DNA of 64,000 bases from Enoplolaimus lenunculus (taxonomy: Eukaryota). The DNA lies in the NCBI GenBank assembly GCA_030248215.1, contig JASANG010002792.1:1-64000 (forward strand). The letters are read 5' to 3'. The notes beneath the pieces were generated by a model. It saw only the letters and a program-made list of their open reading frames with translations, did not search any database and was not told where the DNA came from. This document shows positions 1 to 11,500 of this stretch, in pieces. Within the stretch, counting starts at the first letter, position 1. Every line of letters begins with the position of its first letter. The position numbers and the translations under genes are program-made.

Positions 1-974
1 TAAGGATAAACCAAACCATAAGTTTAACCGTACAGAATATTACTATATATACCTAAGCCTAAACCTAAGCGTATGTCTTTGAGTAAGGATAAAGCTAAAC
101 ATAAGTTTAACTGTAAACAAGATTCCTATACCTAAGCCTAAGCCTAAGCCTATGTGATAAGCCAATACATAAGCCGTACCCAAATTCTTTAAGCCTAAAC
201 GAAAAGTCTAAAGCTTTAAGCTTACTTTATTGCAGTCTCGCAGAAAAACGATCCGCAACTGTTCTGCGGCCAAACTTTGGAACCTGTAAACGATCAGCTT
301 CGAAATTTTAGCATAATTTTTGCGCGTGCTTTGCGCTACTGTTGTACCGATGTTTCGACTGGCATCAAGTGCACTTCGATGGTTTGAAAAGCTGTTACTA
401 ACTGGTGATAAGTGCAAGACATATTTAGAATTGCTACAGTCTTGAACTTATGCAATCATGTCATAGGGCGTGTTGTTGCATCGTTTAAAATATTGACACA
501 GAATTTGTACAAAAGTGACTTTTAGTCAAAATAAATTGCAAAATTTCTCGTAAAAATAGGCCCATGTATAGAACAGGGCCGGATCGTTCCTCTAGGCTTA
601 GGCTTAGGATCATCAATCCGCTTAGGCTTAGGCTTAGGAATAGGCTCATCAATACGCTTAGGCTTAGGCTTAGGCATATGCTTATACTACTGTTCCGGCC
701 TTGTTCTGTACATGTGCCTAAAAATTCAAAGTTTTACACGTATTCTCAAATGTGTAGAGCATCGATTAGTATCTGACGACTGATCCTAAACCTCTACAGT
801 AATATTAAATTTTTGAAATTGTACGAAATTATTGCGTCTAGATATATCCTACTCGCGTGTGACGGAAATTAACGCCTTCTCACATTGAGTTGCCTGTAGG
901 CAACTCAGCGCAGTGTATATACGTTAAATAGTATATATTGTATTGTGTTTTACAATTGCGACACGTATACACAG

Positions 975-1135
975 TACTAAATCACCACAAGACGTGACAG
1001 CCCCCTCGGGCTCGAGCGTCAAGCTCCTATAGCTGAGTGGTGATGGTATACGCCTCCCACTCCAGTCACTGCAGTTCTAATCCTAGCATAAAAGTAGGTC
1101 TTAGGGGAAATACAAATTATTCATGTGAGAAAGGG
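975..1135 (+). repeat. Dispersed repeat with an internal tRNA-like (Pol III A/B box) module; related copies at ~26305-26470 and ~33660-34130
   Basis: Shared core acaagacgtga(c/g)agccccctcgg, then tagctgagtgg (A-box-like) and gttctaatcc (B-box-like). Confidence 0.55.
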
Positions 1136-1403
1136 TTAAGATTTTCCGTAGGTTCAAAACGATTATATGACAACCGATTGATAGACACGGTAATAGGTGC
1201 TTCACCCAGTTAGAGAATACGGCTATTTGACAGCCCTTGAACCTCAGGGGCGGAACGGTTTTTGTATGGGACTGCAATAAAGGAAGCTTAGTAGAGTTTT
1301 AGACTAATTTTTTGCTAAAGTTTAGTCTTTGGTTTAGGAATATGCGTATACTACTGTTATGGGCTTGTTCTTTTTTTGTTCAACTTTAGACCAGTCACTA
1401 GTC

Positions 1404-4400
1404 TCAATGATCTATGAGCATTTTAAGTTGAATCCATGGTTGAACTTTGGATACGTCGGTGTAAATCCCTGGTTTACCTTCGCTACCACACGCAACACCC
1501 CAGCTCACAATGCCGTATTGAGTCCACATCCCTGAACCTGGATCCTCAACCACAAACGGTCCACCGCTATCGCCCTAAAATCACTTGACGAATTAATTGG
1601 TCAATGTTGCATTAATGGGCGTAACAGTAGATTAAGCGTATTCCTAAGCCTAAGCCTAACCGTTGCAAAAATGGGTTGCGAAGCCTAAGCCTAAGCAAAA
1701 GAGTAATCTAGAATCTAAACCTACTCTATTATAGATGCACCAGAAACCTGGACGCCTTTTAAAGTAACATGGGCCAATTAATTTTTAAAAACTGGCCAAT
1801 GTTAACTATATATAGGGGCCTGCCGGCCAACAAAGAGCCTAAGCCCAAACCTGAGACTTAGCCTAAGCCTAAGCCTAATCCTAGTCTGAAGCCTAAGCTT
1901 CCTAGTCTTTAAGTACCTTTAGTTTCCTCTGCCTTGTAGTATAAGCGCAAATTCCGCCGTTGCGATTTTTGTGCATAGTATTTAGACACGATTTCAGTTT
2001 TGCAGCACAGGAAACCTTTTTTCAAAAATTTCGCCTAAAGTTTTATAGAATATAACCCGTAGTTCCAAAATCCTTGCTACGCCTATGCCGTATCGCATCG
2101 AAGTTTATGACATTTCGACTAAAATTAGTAACTAAAAGTTTCCTAATATATCAGCCAATTAGGAAAAGATATTTGCAACAGCTTTTAAGTCTGATCCAGT
2201 AATTTAGCTTTCAACAAAAATGTACAATAAAATCGTAAGCTTACTCTATTGCAGTCCCGTGAGAATAGAACGATCCGCTCCTGATATAAGCATGAACCCA
2301 AAAATGAAAGTGGAAGCAAATTGTTTTAGTAAAAGCTTTTAAACTCACCACGCACGCGTCTTTGCCATCCTGGGCATCTCCAGCGCAAAACATTGAATCG
2401 GTCAACTTCAACGGTGCAATTTCCTGTTGACAGTTGTCTTTCGCCACCACAGGCACCCTGACTTCGTAAAGCAATTGACTCTCAGGCCCGTATTCTGAAA
2501 AAAAAACAATAATTTCAATTTAGTTTCCAACTAAAAAGTTATATTTCTACGACTCGTCGCTTTAACAAACTGTGTTTCGTTATCAAAAAACTACTCAAAA
2601 AGTTTAAACTAACTCGATTTAAGCTTGTGCTAATCTAGAACATTGAGACCTTACCATTTTATCCCGAACCCTCGTAGAGGAAAGCCGGCTCATACAAAAA
2701 TCAGGGGCGGAACGTTTTTCTGTAGAACTGCAATAGAGTTAGCTTAAGCTTTTGATTAAGTTTTGGCTTAGGCTTAGGAATATGCTTATTCTTACACCTT
2801 GGCTTAGGCTTTGGTTTAGGCTTAAGAATATGCTCATTTTTACACTTTGGTTTAGGCTTTGGCTTAGGCTTAGGCTTAGGAATATGCTTATGTTCGCTCC
2901 TGTTCTTTACATTGGCCGAGAAGCCAACCGTTATTTTAGCGCTAAACATTAATACGAAATCTCGGTTTTTATGCCTGTTCGGGTACTCAGGCCGGAGTGG
3001 GCCCTCCTTGCGTCCGCCAATGGCAGGAATAATGAGATTCATCCATCCCTTAAATTTCTGGAAAGACCGTGAAACCGCATGCTTACAGGCTTTTAGAATA
3101 CCCAGCTTGAATCTCATACCCTCTCGAAATGAAGTAATAACTAAGCCTCTGGTCACAGGCTTTTAGAATACCCAGCTTGAATCTCATACCCTCTCGAAAT
3201 GAAGTAATAACTAAGCCTCTGGTCACAGGCTTTTAGAATACCCAGCTTGAATCTCATACCCTCTCGAAATGAAGTAATAACTAAGCCTCTGGTCACAGGC
3301 TTTTAGAATACCCAGCTTGAATCTCATACCCTCTCGAAATGAAGTAATAACTAAGCCTCTGGTCACAGGCTTTTAGAATACCCAGCTTGAATCTCATACC
3401 CTCTCGAAATGAAGTAATAACTAAGCCTCTGGTCACAGGCTTTTAGAATACCCAGCTTGAATCTCATACCCTCTCGAAATGAAGTAATAACTAAGCCTCT
3501 GGTCACAGGCTTTTAGAATACCCAGCTTGAATCTCATACCCTCTCGAAATGAAGTAATAACTAAGCCTCTGGTCACAGGCTTTTAGAATACCCAGCTTGA
3601 ATCTCATACCCTCTCGAAATGAAGTAATAACTAAGCCTCTGGTCACAGGCTTTTAGAATACCCAGCTTGAATCTCATACCCTCTCGAAATGAAGTAATAA
3701 CTAAGCCTCTGGTCACAGGCTTTTAGAATACCCAGCTTGAATCTCATACCCTCTCGAAATGAAGTAATAACTAAGCCTCTGGTCGTTAGCGAAAGGAATG
3801 CTTCTTGGTCCGACAGACCCGGTCGTACCGAGTGGGGCCCACGCACAAAATAACTGTGCTGTGTCAAAATGACGAAATTTTTAGGTTCCAGTTTATTTTG
3901 TATCTTCTTGCTCCAACGCGAGCCCCTCTGGAAATGCTGGACACCAACTTTCAATTTTCGCAAAAAATGGTCAGTCAAAGAGTCGAATTTGACTCTGGCG
4001 GAGTTGAATTTTGACTCAGTTTGTGTAGTCCGGAAAAGCCTATTTCGCAAAGACTCAATTTGACTCACCATTTTTTACAGTGTATGTATATAAAAGGCAG
4101 TTTTGAACTAAATTCAACGGCACTTTACTAAAGGTATGATGGTTCTTTTGAAGAGGCGAACGCAGATGCACCTTTTAAGGTATATGACACTCGGTAGTGT
4201 GTACAGTATGCGTATCATCATGTATTATTAAGTCTTGTTATTTAATAAAATAGTCATTTAATTCTCCTAATGTCATTTTTTCAATAAATCATCCATTAAT
4301 TTTAGAATCGACAATAAAAACAGGCCCATGTAAAGATTTTGGGTGGAACGCTTTTTCTGCGGACCGCAATAGAGTAAGCTTAAGCTTTAGAATTATTCAG

Positions 4401-6518
4401 CTTACCTGAAACGTAACCCCATCCGGTGATGATCCCGTGAACGCCAGGATCAACATCCTGTACGTACTTGGCAAGACAGATTGGTTGAATATAATCTGAC
4501 ATCACAATTTTTCGGTTCACCTGAAATATTTTACAAATGATTTTCAGGTTACCGGCATACAGTCGAACCTGTTTTGGTACAGTCGGCAAACTCAAAATAA
4601 ACATAACTTACCATACCCGTATTCTCAAATGTGTATAGTACCTATCAACCAGTAGGTGCAAAGTATTTTAACTTTTGAATCAGTGAATGATGATTTAGAT
4701 TTGACGTGGCCTACTTTTATGTAAAGTTTGAAAACCACAACTACTGCTTAGTTTGTGAGTTTCAAAACTTACCGCTAAACTGGAACTGGAGCAAGGTGCT
4801 ATACGCATTTGAGAATATGGGTAAAAACACGGCAATGTTTGCTTCAGCGCAAGCGAATCTAAGAAACACATAAACCAAAAGACTATGCTCTGTCAAACGG
4901 AAAGGGAAACGCAAGAGCTTAAAAATGAAAACTCGACCAACTAAAAGCGGTTCCTGTGGTTGAAAAACATCAGTCCAAATAGGACGCATTGGGGCCATTG
5001 ATGAGACCTTTTTTGGCACATTTAAGGTGTCCCTGATATTTAACAGATATGGTCAATGTAAAGAACAGAGGCGGAACAGTATTATAAGCATATTCCTAAG
5101 CCTAAGACTAATCCTACCTGAGCCAAAGCCTAAGCGTAAGAATGAGCATATTCCTAAGCCTAAGCCTAAGCTTAAGCCTAAGCCTAAGCCAAGCAAAAAA
5201 AAATTAGTCTGAAGCTTAAGCTTTAGTCTATACTAGTGCAACAGAAAACCGTTCCGCCACAGTGGCATAATGTGTTCAAATTGAAAATTATTGCTCTACA
5301 ATTAACGAGTTGAATTCGATTCAACTTTGATTGAGAGATCCGTGCAACGTAATGGCCTGTTCACACGTGAAAGTTTTTGCTGTGAGAACTTGCAGCTGCA
5401 ACTTGCACTTGCAAGTTTTGTCCAAAATCCTGTTCGAAAAACTTGCAGCTGCAAATAATTCATTACAAATCATCGCTAGGAATTTAGTTCACATGTGTGA
5501 ATAACCACGCAAGGTCACTGAATTTATTGCAGTCGCTTTCTCATTGGCTGATGAAAAAATGCAAGTTCTGAGTGCAATTTGCAGCTGCAAGTTCTCGCAG
5601 CAAAAACTTGCACGTGTGAATGGGGCTTTAAAGAAGTATTTTCGCCGGTTTGAATAACAGATTTTGAGTAAAATAGCAGAGAATTCTGTTTTTGTTATAC
5701 GCAAAACAATATTTTAAAAAAGTTTCTAACATTTAAGAAATATGATTAGCTTTTCGGAAAAAACGTTGGAAATTTTAAGTCTCAAACCTTGGTATTTAAA
5801 GGAGCGAAATGAGCATTTTGGTTCATGTAACGATCAGGAGCGTGAACGTTTTTCTGTGGGTTTGGAATAGATTAAGCTTAGAGCTTTAGACTATTTTTTG
5901 CGTATGCTCAAGCTTCGGCTTATGTATAAACTCATTCTTACGCTTAGGCTTAGGCTAAGGCTTAGGCTTAGGAATATGCTTAAAATACTGTTACGATCCT
6001 GTTCTTTACATTGGCCCGATAAGTTAAATTTAAATGATGAAAAAATTCACAACCAGAATATGTTACAAGCTCTGAAAACTCTGAAAACTTATTTGGAAAA
6101 GTATTTTGAGCGACCAAACTGAAAAGTTTTTTCTGATAAGAAACATAAAAATGTTGGCCCATGTAAAAAGATCAGGGTCGGAACGTTTTTTGTGTGACTA
6201 GACAAGAAAAAGCTTAAACTTTAGACTAATTTTTTGCTTGATTTAGGCTTAGCCTTAGACTTAGGCTTAGGCTTAGAAATATGCTTATAATACTGTTTTG
6301 CTCGTGTTCTTTACATTGTCCCTTTTGCTTGATTGGTATAGACAAAAGTCTTAAAAACCTTAATTAATGCGACGTCGTAATTGAAGTTTTTTGAATTGAA
6401 ATCTTCGTGTAAAATTAGCTTTTCCGCTTCAAATATATCTTCGCTCGGCGCCGGGGCTGTTGCGTTGTTAATACCCAGACGAATGCTGAACGTTTTTTCG
6501 TTGAAATCTTCACCTTGC
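1404..6518 (-). CDS. Trypsin-like serine protease (S1A), 3' four exons: 6518-6359, 4520-4406, 2494-2349, 1574-1404. The 5' exons with the catalytic His were not found.
   Basis: GT-AG exons join in phase to give ...NYDVALIK (catalytic Asp) VNRK..IQPICL..ITGWG..SMFCAG..KDACVGDSGGP (catalytic Ser, S1 Asp) ..[19 protein letters not shown], then a stop at 1404-1406. Confidence 0.93.
3085..3784. repeat. Perfect tandem array, 10 x 70 bp
   Basis: Unit acaggcttttagaatacccagcttgaatctcataccctctcgaaatgaagtaataactaagcctctggtc repeats with no visible mismatch inside a protease intron. Confidence 0.97.
5354..5627. mobile_element. Palindromic MITE
   Basis: Long inverted ends: ttcacacgtgaaagtttttgctgtgagaacttgcagctgcaa ... 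ttgcagctgcaagttctcgcagcaaaaacttgcacgtgtgaa. Confidence 0.75.
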
Positions 6519-6574
6519 CTAAAAAGACCCAGAAATAATTTTGATATGTTCAACCAGGAGTGCATGATACAAGA

Positions 6575-6785
6575 GGCCAATGTAAATAATAGGCGCGGAA
6601 CAGTATTATAAGCATATTTCTAAGCCTAAGCCTTAGCCTAAGCCTAAGCCTAAGCATAAGAATGAGCATTTTCCTAAGCCTAAGCCTAAAGCCCTAAGCC
6701 AAGCAAAAAATTAGTCTAAAGTCTAAGCTTACTTTATTACAAATCCACAGAAAAACGTTCCGCCCCTTATCTTTACACATAGGCC
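6575..6785. mobile_element. Non-autonomous DNA transposon carrying (GCCTAA/TTAGGC)n. Family copies also at ~559-718, ~2700-2917, ~5051-5265, ~5820-6017, ~6157-6322, 20806-20925, ~28156-28308, ~35380-35538 and 36672-36847.
   Basis: GGCC..GGCC termini and an exact 8-bp flanking duplication atacaaga (6567-6574 / 6786-6793). Internal telomere-like hexamers and the conserved ggaacgttttt and gcttataatactgttcc motifs are shared among copies. Confidence 0.85.
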
Positions 6786-6999
6786 ATACAAGAGTATGCA
6801 ACTCTTGAGGGTTTGCATGGTGCAAAATGTACCCGGCACGCGTTGCGTTGTACCCGCCCTTGTTTAGCGGGGGTACAACCTGTGCGAACCATGGCACTTA
6901 ATGTATGTGGTGTCAAACATGCTCCCGTTACAGTTTAATTTAGGGTTGTTCATGTGATAGCGACCCCATCTAAATAAGTGGGGGTCGGCCAAAAACGCA

Positions 7000-7431
7000 C
7001 CGCAGAGAACCCCAAAGTCGCACTCCGAAAGAGACAGAAACCTCAACAAACGCAAAGGAGAAAAGAGCCAACCAAAAAAAGCAGCACGCAAACAACAAAA
7101 CAAAAAAAAAAGGCCCCACACCAAGGGCACCCCCCCCAGACACAAAAGAAAAAAAAAGAAAAAAAAAACAACAAACACAACCCAACACACACAAACCAAA
7201 CAAAAAAGAAAAGAAGCCACCACCCAAAAAAGAAACCACCAACCAACAAAAAAAACCCCCACAAACAACACCCAACAACAAACAACACAACACCCACAAA
7301 CACACAGCCCCACCACCAACACCCCAAAACAACACACACAAACCCCCACCCAACACACAAAAACACCAAAAACCAAAAAACACCCCAACCCAAACACCCC
7401 CCAAAACCACCAAACACAAAACCCCCCCCCG
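7000..7431. other. A/C-only low-complexity tract, probably a low-quality consensus or assembly junction
   Basis: Almost no G or T and no periodicity. It truncates a MITE on its left (6790-7000, similar to 40672-40958) and the LTR start on its right. Confidence 0.7.
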
Positions 7432-7433
7432 TG

Positions 7434-8317
7434 TGGCGAGAATTATGCTAATTCCAATGCAATTCATTCATAATTGGTACACAATTAATTTCGGATTTCG
7501 TATAATCGCAAATTCCATAAAAGACGTTGATACATTTGGTATTCGGTACAATACAATTTCAACATTCCATTCGGTACAATATTATTTTTACATTCCAACA
7601 TTCCAACATTTTGTTGTTTTATTCTGCTAATACCCAGGCGATTAATTATGTATGCAAACAGCTTTTAAACTGTAAATTGCTACATGATCGGCCGGAATTT
7701 GAACGCTACCATTCAATATTCGAATCATGCAGACTAATGGTATTTTCACCAATTGTTTTTATCAATTACCATATTATACATTTCGAAATTATGCAATGCA
7801 ACGAGAGGAAGCTTTATAACTATTACCATGGTATTTGCGAAATATATTTACTTTTTACGGTTCATCTGGATGTTCTATTCAACATACGGCATGAGCTTCA
7901 AGATAATCGAATGCAAATTTTATGGCTAAAAGCGGTATATAAGAACACAGCAATCGAACTTCTGGGGGGGCATTAATTCTGAAATAATTTTCATCTGGTT
8001 TGCAACTTCTGTTTCTACAATTCAAGCAAGTGTATTTAGTGGTCTAAAAACAGTTACGGATTTATTACAACATTGCTTTCATTTTCGGATTTGATTCAAC
8101 ATTATTTTTTGGGTGTTGGCACAAAGAACATTTTTATGATATATAACTATCGAAGCTGATTTGTAAGACAGTAAAAACCGTTTTTTTGTATGCGACTATG
8201 TATGGCAATATCGAAATAATTATAAAAATGATACGCCTGACTGAAAATGCATTGTCCGTTATGAAATAAACCTTATGAAGTATCCGCAATAATGTGTTAT
8301 TACCTAAATACGTTACA
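7434..8317 (+). repeat. 5' LTR (start hidden by the low-complexity tract)
   Basis: Matches the 3' copy over ~675 bp and ends ...cgttaCA three nt before the PBS. Confidence 0.85.
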
Positions 8318-8320
8318 TTT

Positions 8321-8338
8321 TGGTGACCACGATGGGAC
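8321..8338 (+). promoter_or_regulatory. Primer binding site (tRNA identity uncertain, possibly Arg-like)
   Basis: TGGTGACCACGATGGGAC directly after the LTR CA end; its reverse complement ends in CCA like a tRNA 3' end. Confidence 0.8.
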
Positions 8339-8572
8339 CCGCAATTTTCGGATAATTATTATTGGCACAACTCTCAAACGTCGGATTATTCCGCTTTACA
8401 TTTTTAATTTCACGTCCAACCGCCACGTGTAAAGCCTGCAAAAATTTCTTATTCAGCGGAAACGTCCTCAGCCGAAAATCATCGCGATTTTCGCCATCTG
8501 CAACGCACTATTGACACCGTCGATGTTAACTTAAACCGTTTAACAAATCAATTCGAAAACAAATTACACGAT

Positions 8573-11500
8573 TTGGACATCAAATTTCAAACATTTACGC
8601 GAACTTTTTCACAGTTGGCGGGCGATTTTGCAGCGCTGGCTGACCAAATTTCAGTTGAACAACCACAGAATCTGGAACAGCAAATCACGAATACCGTTGC
8701 TACAGCAATTCGACAGAACTTTATTCGCCCAATGCCGGTTGAAACTAGTAATCGAGGACCAAACATATCCATTGCGACATTTCATGGGGAACGAGGCGAA
8801 GATTTCCTGAGTTGGTTACAAAACGAATTCGATGTGAAATTTCATGCAAATGCTTGGTCCGACTCAAACAAATCGTACATACTTGGCGCACATCTTGCAG
8901 GCCATGCTCAATTCGTTTTCAATAATCTGGATCAAGATACAAAAGCCGACTTTACAAAAACCGTTTCAGCACTTAGCAACGCATTATTGAGCGAGGATCG
9001 CAAACGTTTCCTTAGCGAATGTTACACCGGGCGGATGCAACGGCCAGGCGAAACTGTTATGAAATATGCAGAGGCGCTGTCCGATTTGGCAAAATCCGCG
9101 CTTAGCTACATGACTGTCGAAAGCGAGAAAACCACAAATTTGCGTAACCAATTTATCGCAGGATTACGTGCTGACATTCGCGAGGAAGTTAAAGTCATGG
9201 GACCAAAAACAATGGCTGAAGCAATAATTGCTGCTGAGCGAGTCGAAAACAAGTTGTCAGCTCAACCCCAGTTATATCAAACGCTAGAAGACATTTCGAA
9301 ACGACTTCAACGAATGGAAACAACAGGTTCAACGTCAAAATCTAGCCTTCAAGAGATGTCAAACTGTAATGTAGCACCTGTATGGGCAGACAATTTTGCA
9401 AATCGTCTCGAACGGTTGGAGCACAACGCAAATTACGGACGTAACGATCAAATGCCTTCCATCAAAAGACCTACACTTCCACAACCTGATTGGGTGACAG
9501 AATTGTTCAAACGAATTGAAGCAATTGAAGCCAAAAGTCATATTGGCAATGTACCGCGCTATCGAAAATCTACGTTCAATGATCATATGACCTATCCAGA
9601 GCAACGCTATTCGCAAAGCGGACAACCGCTGTGTCACATTTGTAAAAAACCTGGACATATTGCTATAAATTGTCGATCACGTCAATTCTGTGAATTTCAC
9701 CAATTGTACGGCCATAACACGCGTAATTGTCGAGCAAGTGCAGCCAACTGGTCTGATCTAGGAAATGTTCGAGATCGAATTCAAAGACAAAACTTTCAAA
9801 GAATATCTGCACCAGAACAACGCCGACTTCCAGCTATTCCAATGCCGCTTGAAGAAAGAAACGTAAAGGAACAGGGTAATGCACAAATGGCGATGATGAA
9901 TTCAACTTCAAACGCGGCGTCAACGGAAACCAAAGGCCTCTTAAACGCAAGTTCCGAGCAAAGGGGCGGTGAAGTTCAAACGACAGATTTTTTGGGATAC
10001 ATAGTAACAAGTGCTCCGCAAAAAGAATCAACGCGCGCTATCTCGACGCAAACAGATAAAATTGACGGCGAACACGATACAGCAAATGACGAAATACATA
10101 AAAATATCAATGGTATAACAAAGAAATTTTACGCACCAACGAAAACTCTGGGTTCGACCGTTACTGCTTGTTTTCTTGGTTTGATTTTCGTTATGGTGGC
10201 CTCAGTGGCATCGCAACAATTTCCGAACCCTTTGCTGTGTGATTACGGAGAACACAAACATCTATGGCAGTTTCCACCTCTACCGGATTGCAAACGAACA
10301 TCCACTAACAACAGTGCGATGCCGAGTCCAGCAGTACTACAGCTTTACCGTCCTAATATACTGCAATTTGCGAGTGACGCATGGTTGTGCCAAAAAATAA
10401 CAAAAGTAGTTGAAACGTTCACATATTTCTTCAACGACGAAAATCTAAAGCGGTCACGTACAATTGTTGAAGCCATGGATTACGCAAAATGCAAACATAT
10501 GTTTCGGTACAAGAAATGTTCTGCGGGTACTCTGCGATTCGATGGCGATATCTGGACAACGGGAAATACTGTCAAGTGGTATTACCCAGGCGGTGGAATA
10601 AATTGCTGCTATTGGAAAAAATTTTTGAGTACAAACTGTTTTCTTAGTAAATCAAAGGTGTACAAACGACATGGCGAGGAAGCGATGGAATCTACTGCAG
10701 GAGACGTTTCACACTGTAATTATGATTCGGGACATTGCGAACTCAAGAGAGGAAAGTTTTTAATCTGGAAACCGAATCAGACGGTGAAATGTAATTACTT
10801 AAAGTGGCAAAAGATCAGTGGAACCCTGCGAGGTAAGGAATGGCTCTCAGATGATGGAATGCTTGCGCTCACAACGAACAGACCTCAGGCAGTGAAATCG
10901 TGCAACGAAGAGCAGATTACGCAAAGCGATCAAGGAATACCATTCCGACTGCTGTCAAACGAATCTGAAAAGGTAAAGTCACAAAGCTCGCTAAATACAC
11001 TCCGCAAGCGTGATGTAAATTCAAGTACAGTCACATCATCACAGTTAGCAGCACAACTGCAGGCCCTAGAAGCACATACAAGGCAAGCAATAACGTTTTC
11101 TTTCGATCACGCAATGACTGCAACATGCAATTCAATGGTTAATTTTCAACAAATTTTACAAACGCAAATTCTATCGAGTCCAACCCTGGCGATGCGAATT
11201 ATGCTACAAACCAGCAAACTGGCTGCTCGTACGGGTGGAAAGATCATAGAAGTTTGGCCTTGTATTGAATTATCGGATCGTGAGTTTAGCATCATGCCAT
11301 CGAACGGGACATGTTTGGGACGCATTCCAATTACTTTCTCGTATGGCAGTAAAACACGAACTGGATATCTAGACACTTCGACAAACATTATACACAACGA
11401 TGACTTAATCCACATCGATTGTGACCAAGTTGGAAGCCCAGTAGTTGTTTTTGGAAACAAAACCTATCGATATAACTCAACAGGAATTCTCCAAAGAACC

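Noticed and set aside
1..220. True telomere at the window start
   Set aside because: The repeats are short, degenerate and embedded in the dispersed MITE family.
3085..3784. CRISPR-like array
   Set aside because: Units are identical head-to-tail with no spacers, there are no cas genes, and the context is a eukaryotic intron.
564..6122. LRLRLR / KPKPKP ORFs
   Set aside because: They are translations of (TTAGGC)n inside MITEs.
6864..7467. Hydrophobic or Lys/Thr/Pro-rich ORFs on both strands
   Set aside because: They are translations of the A/C low-complexity tract.
7433..7976. ORFs of 65-149 aa repeated at 16384-17028
   Set aside because: They lie inside the LTRs, differ by indels between copies and show no protein motifs.
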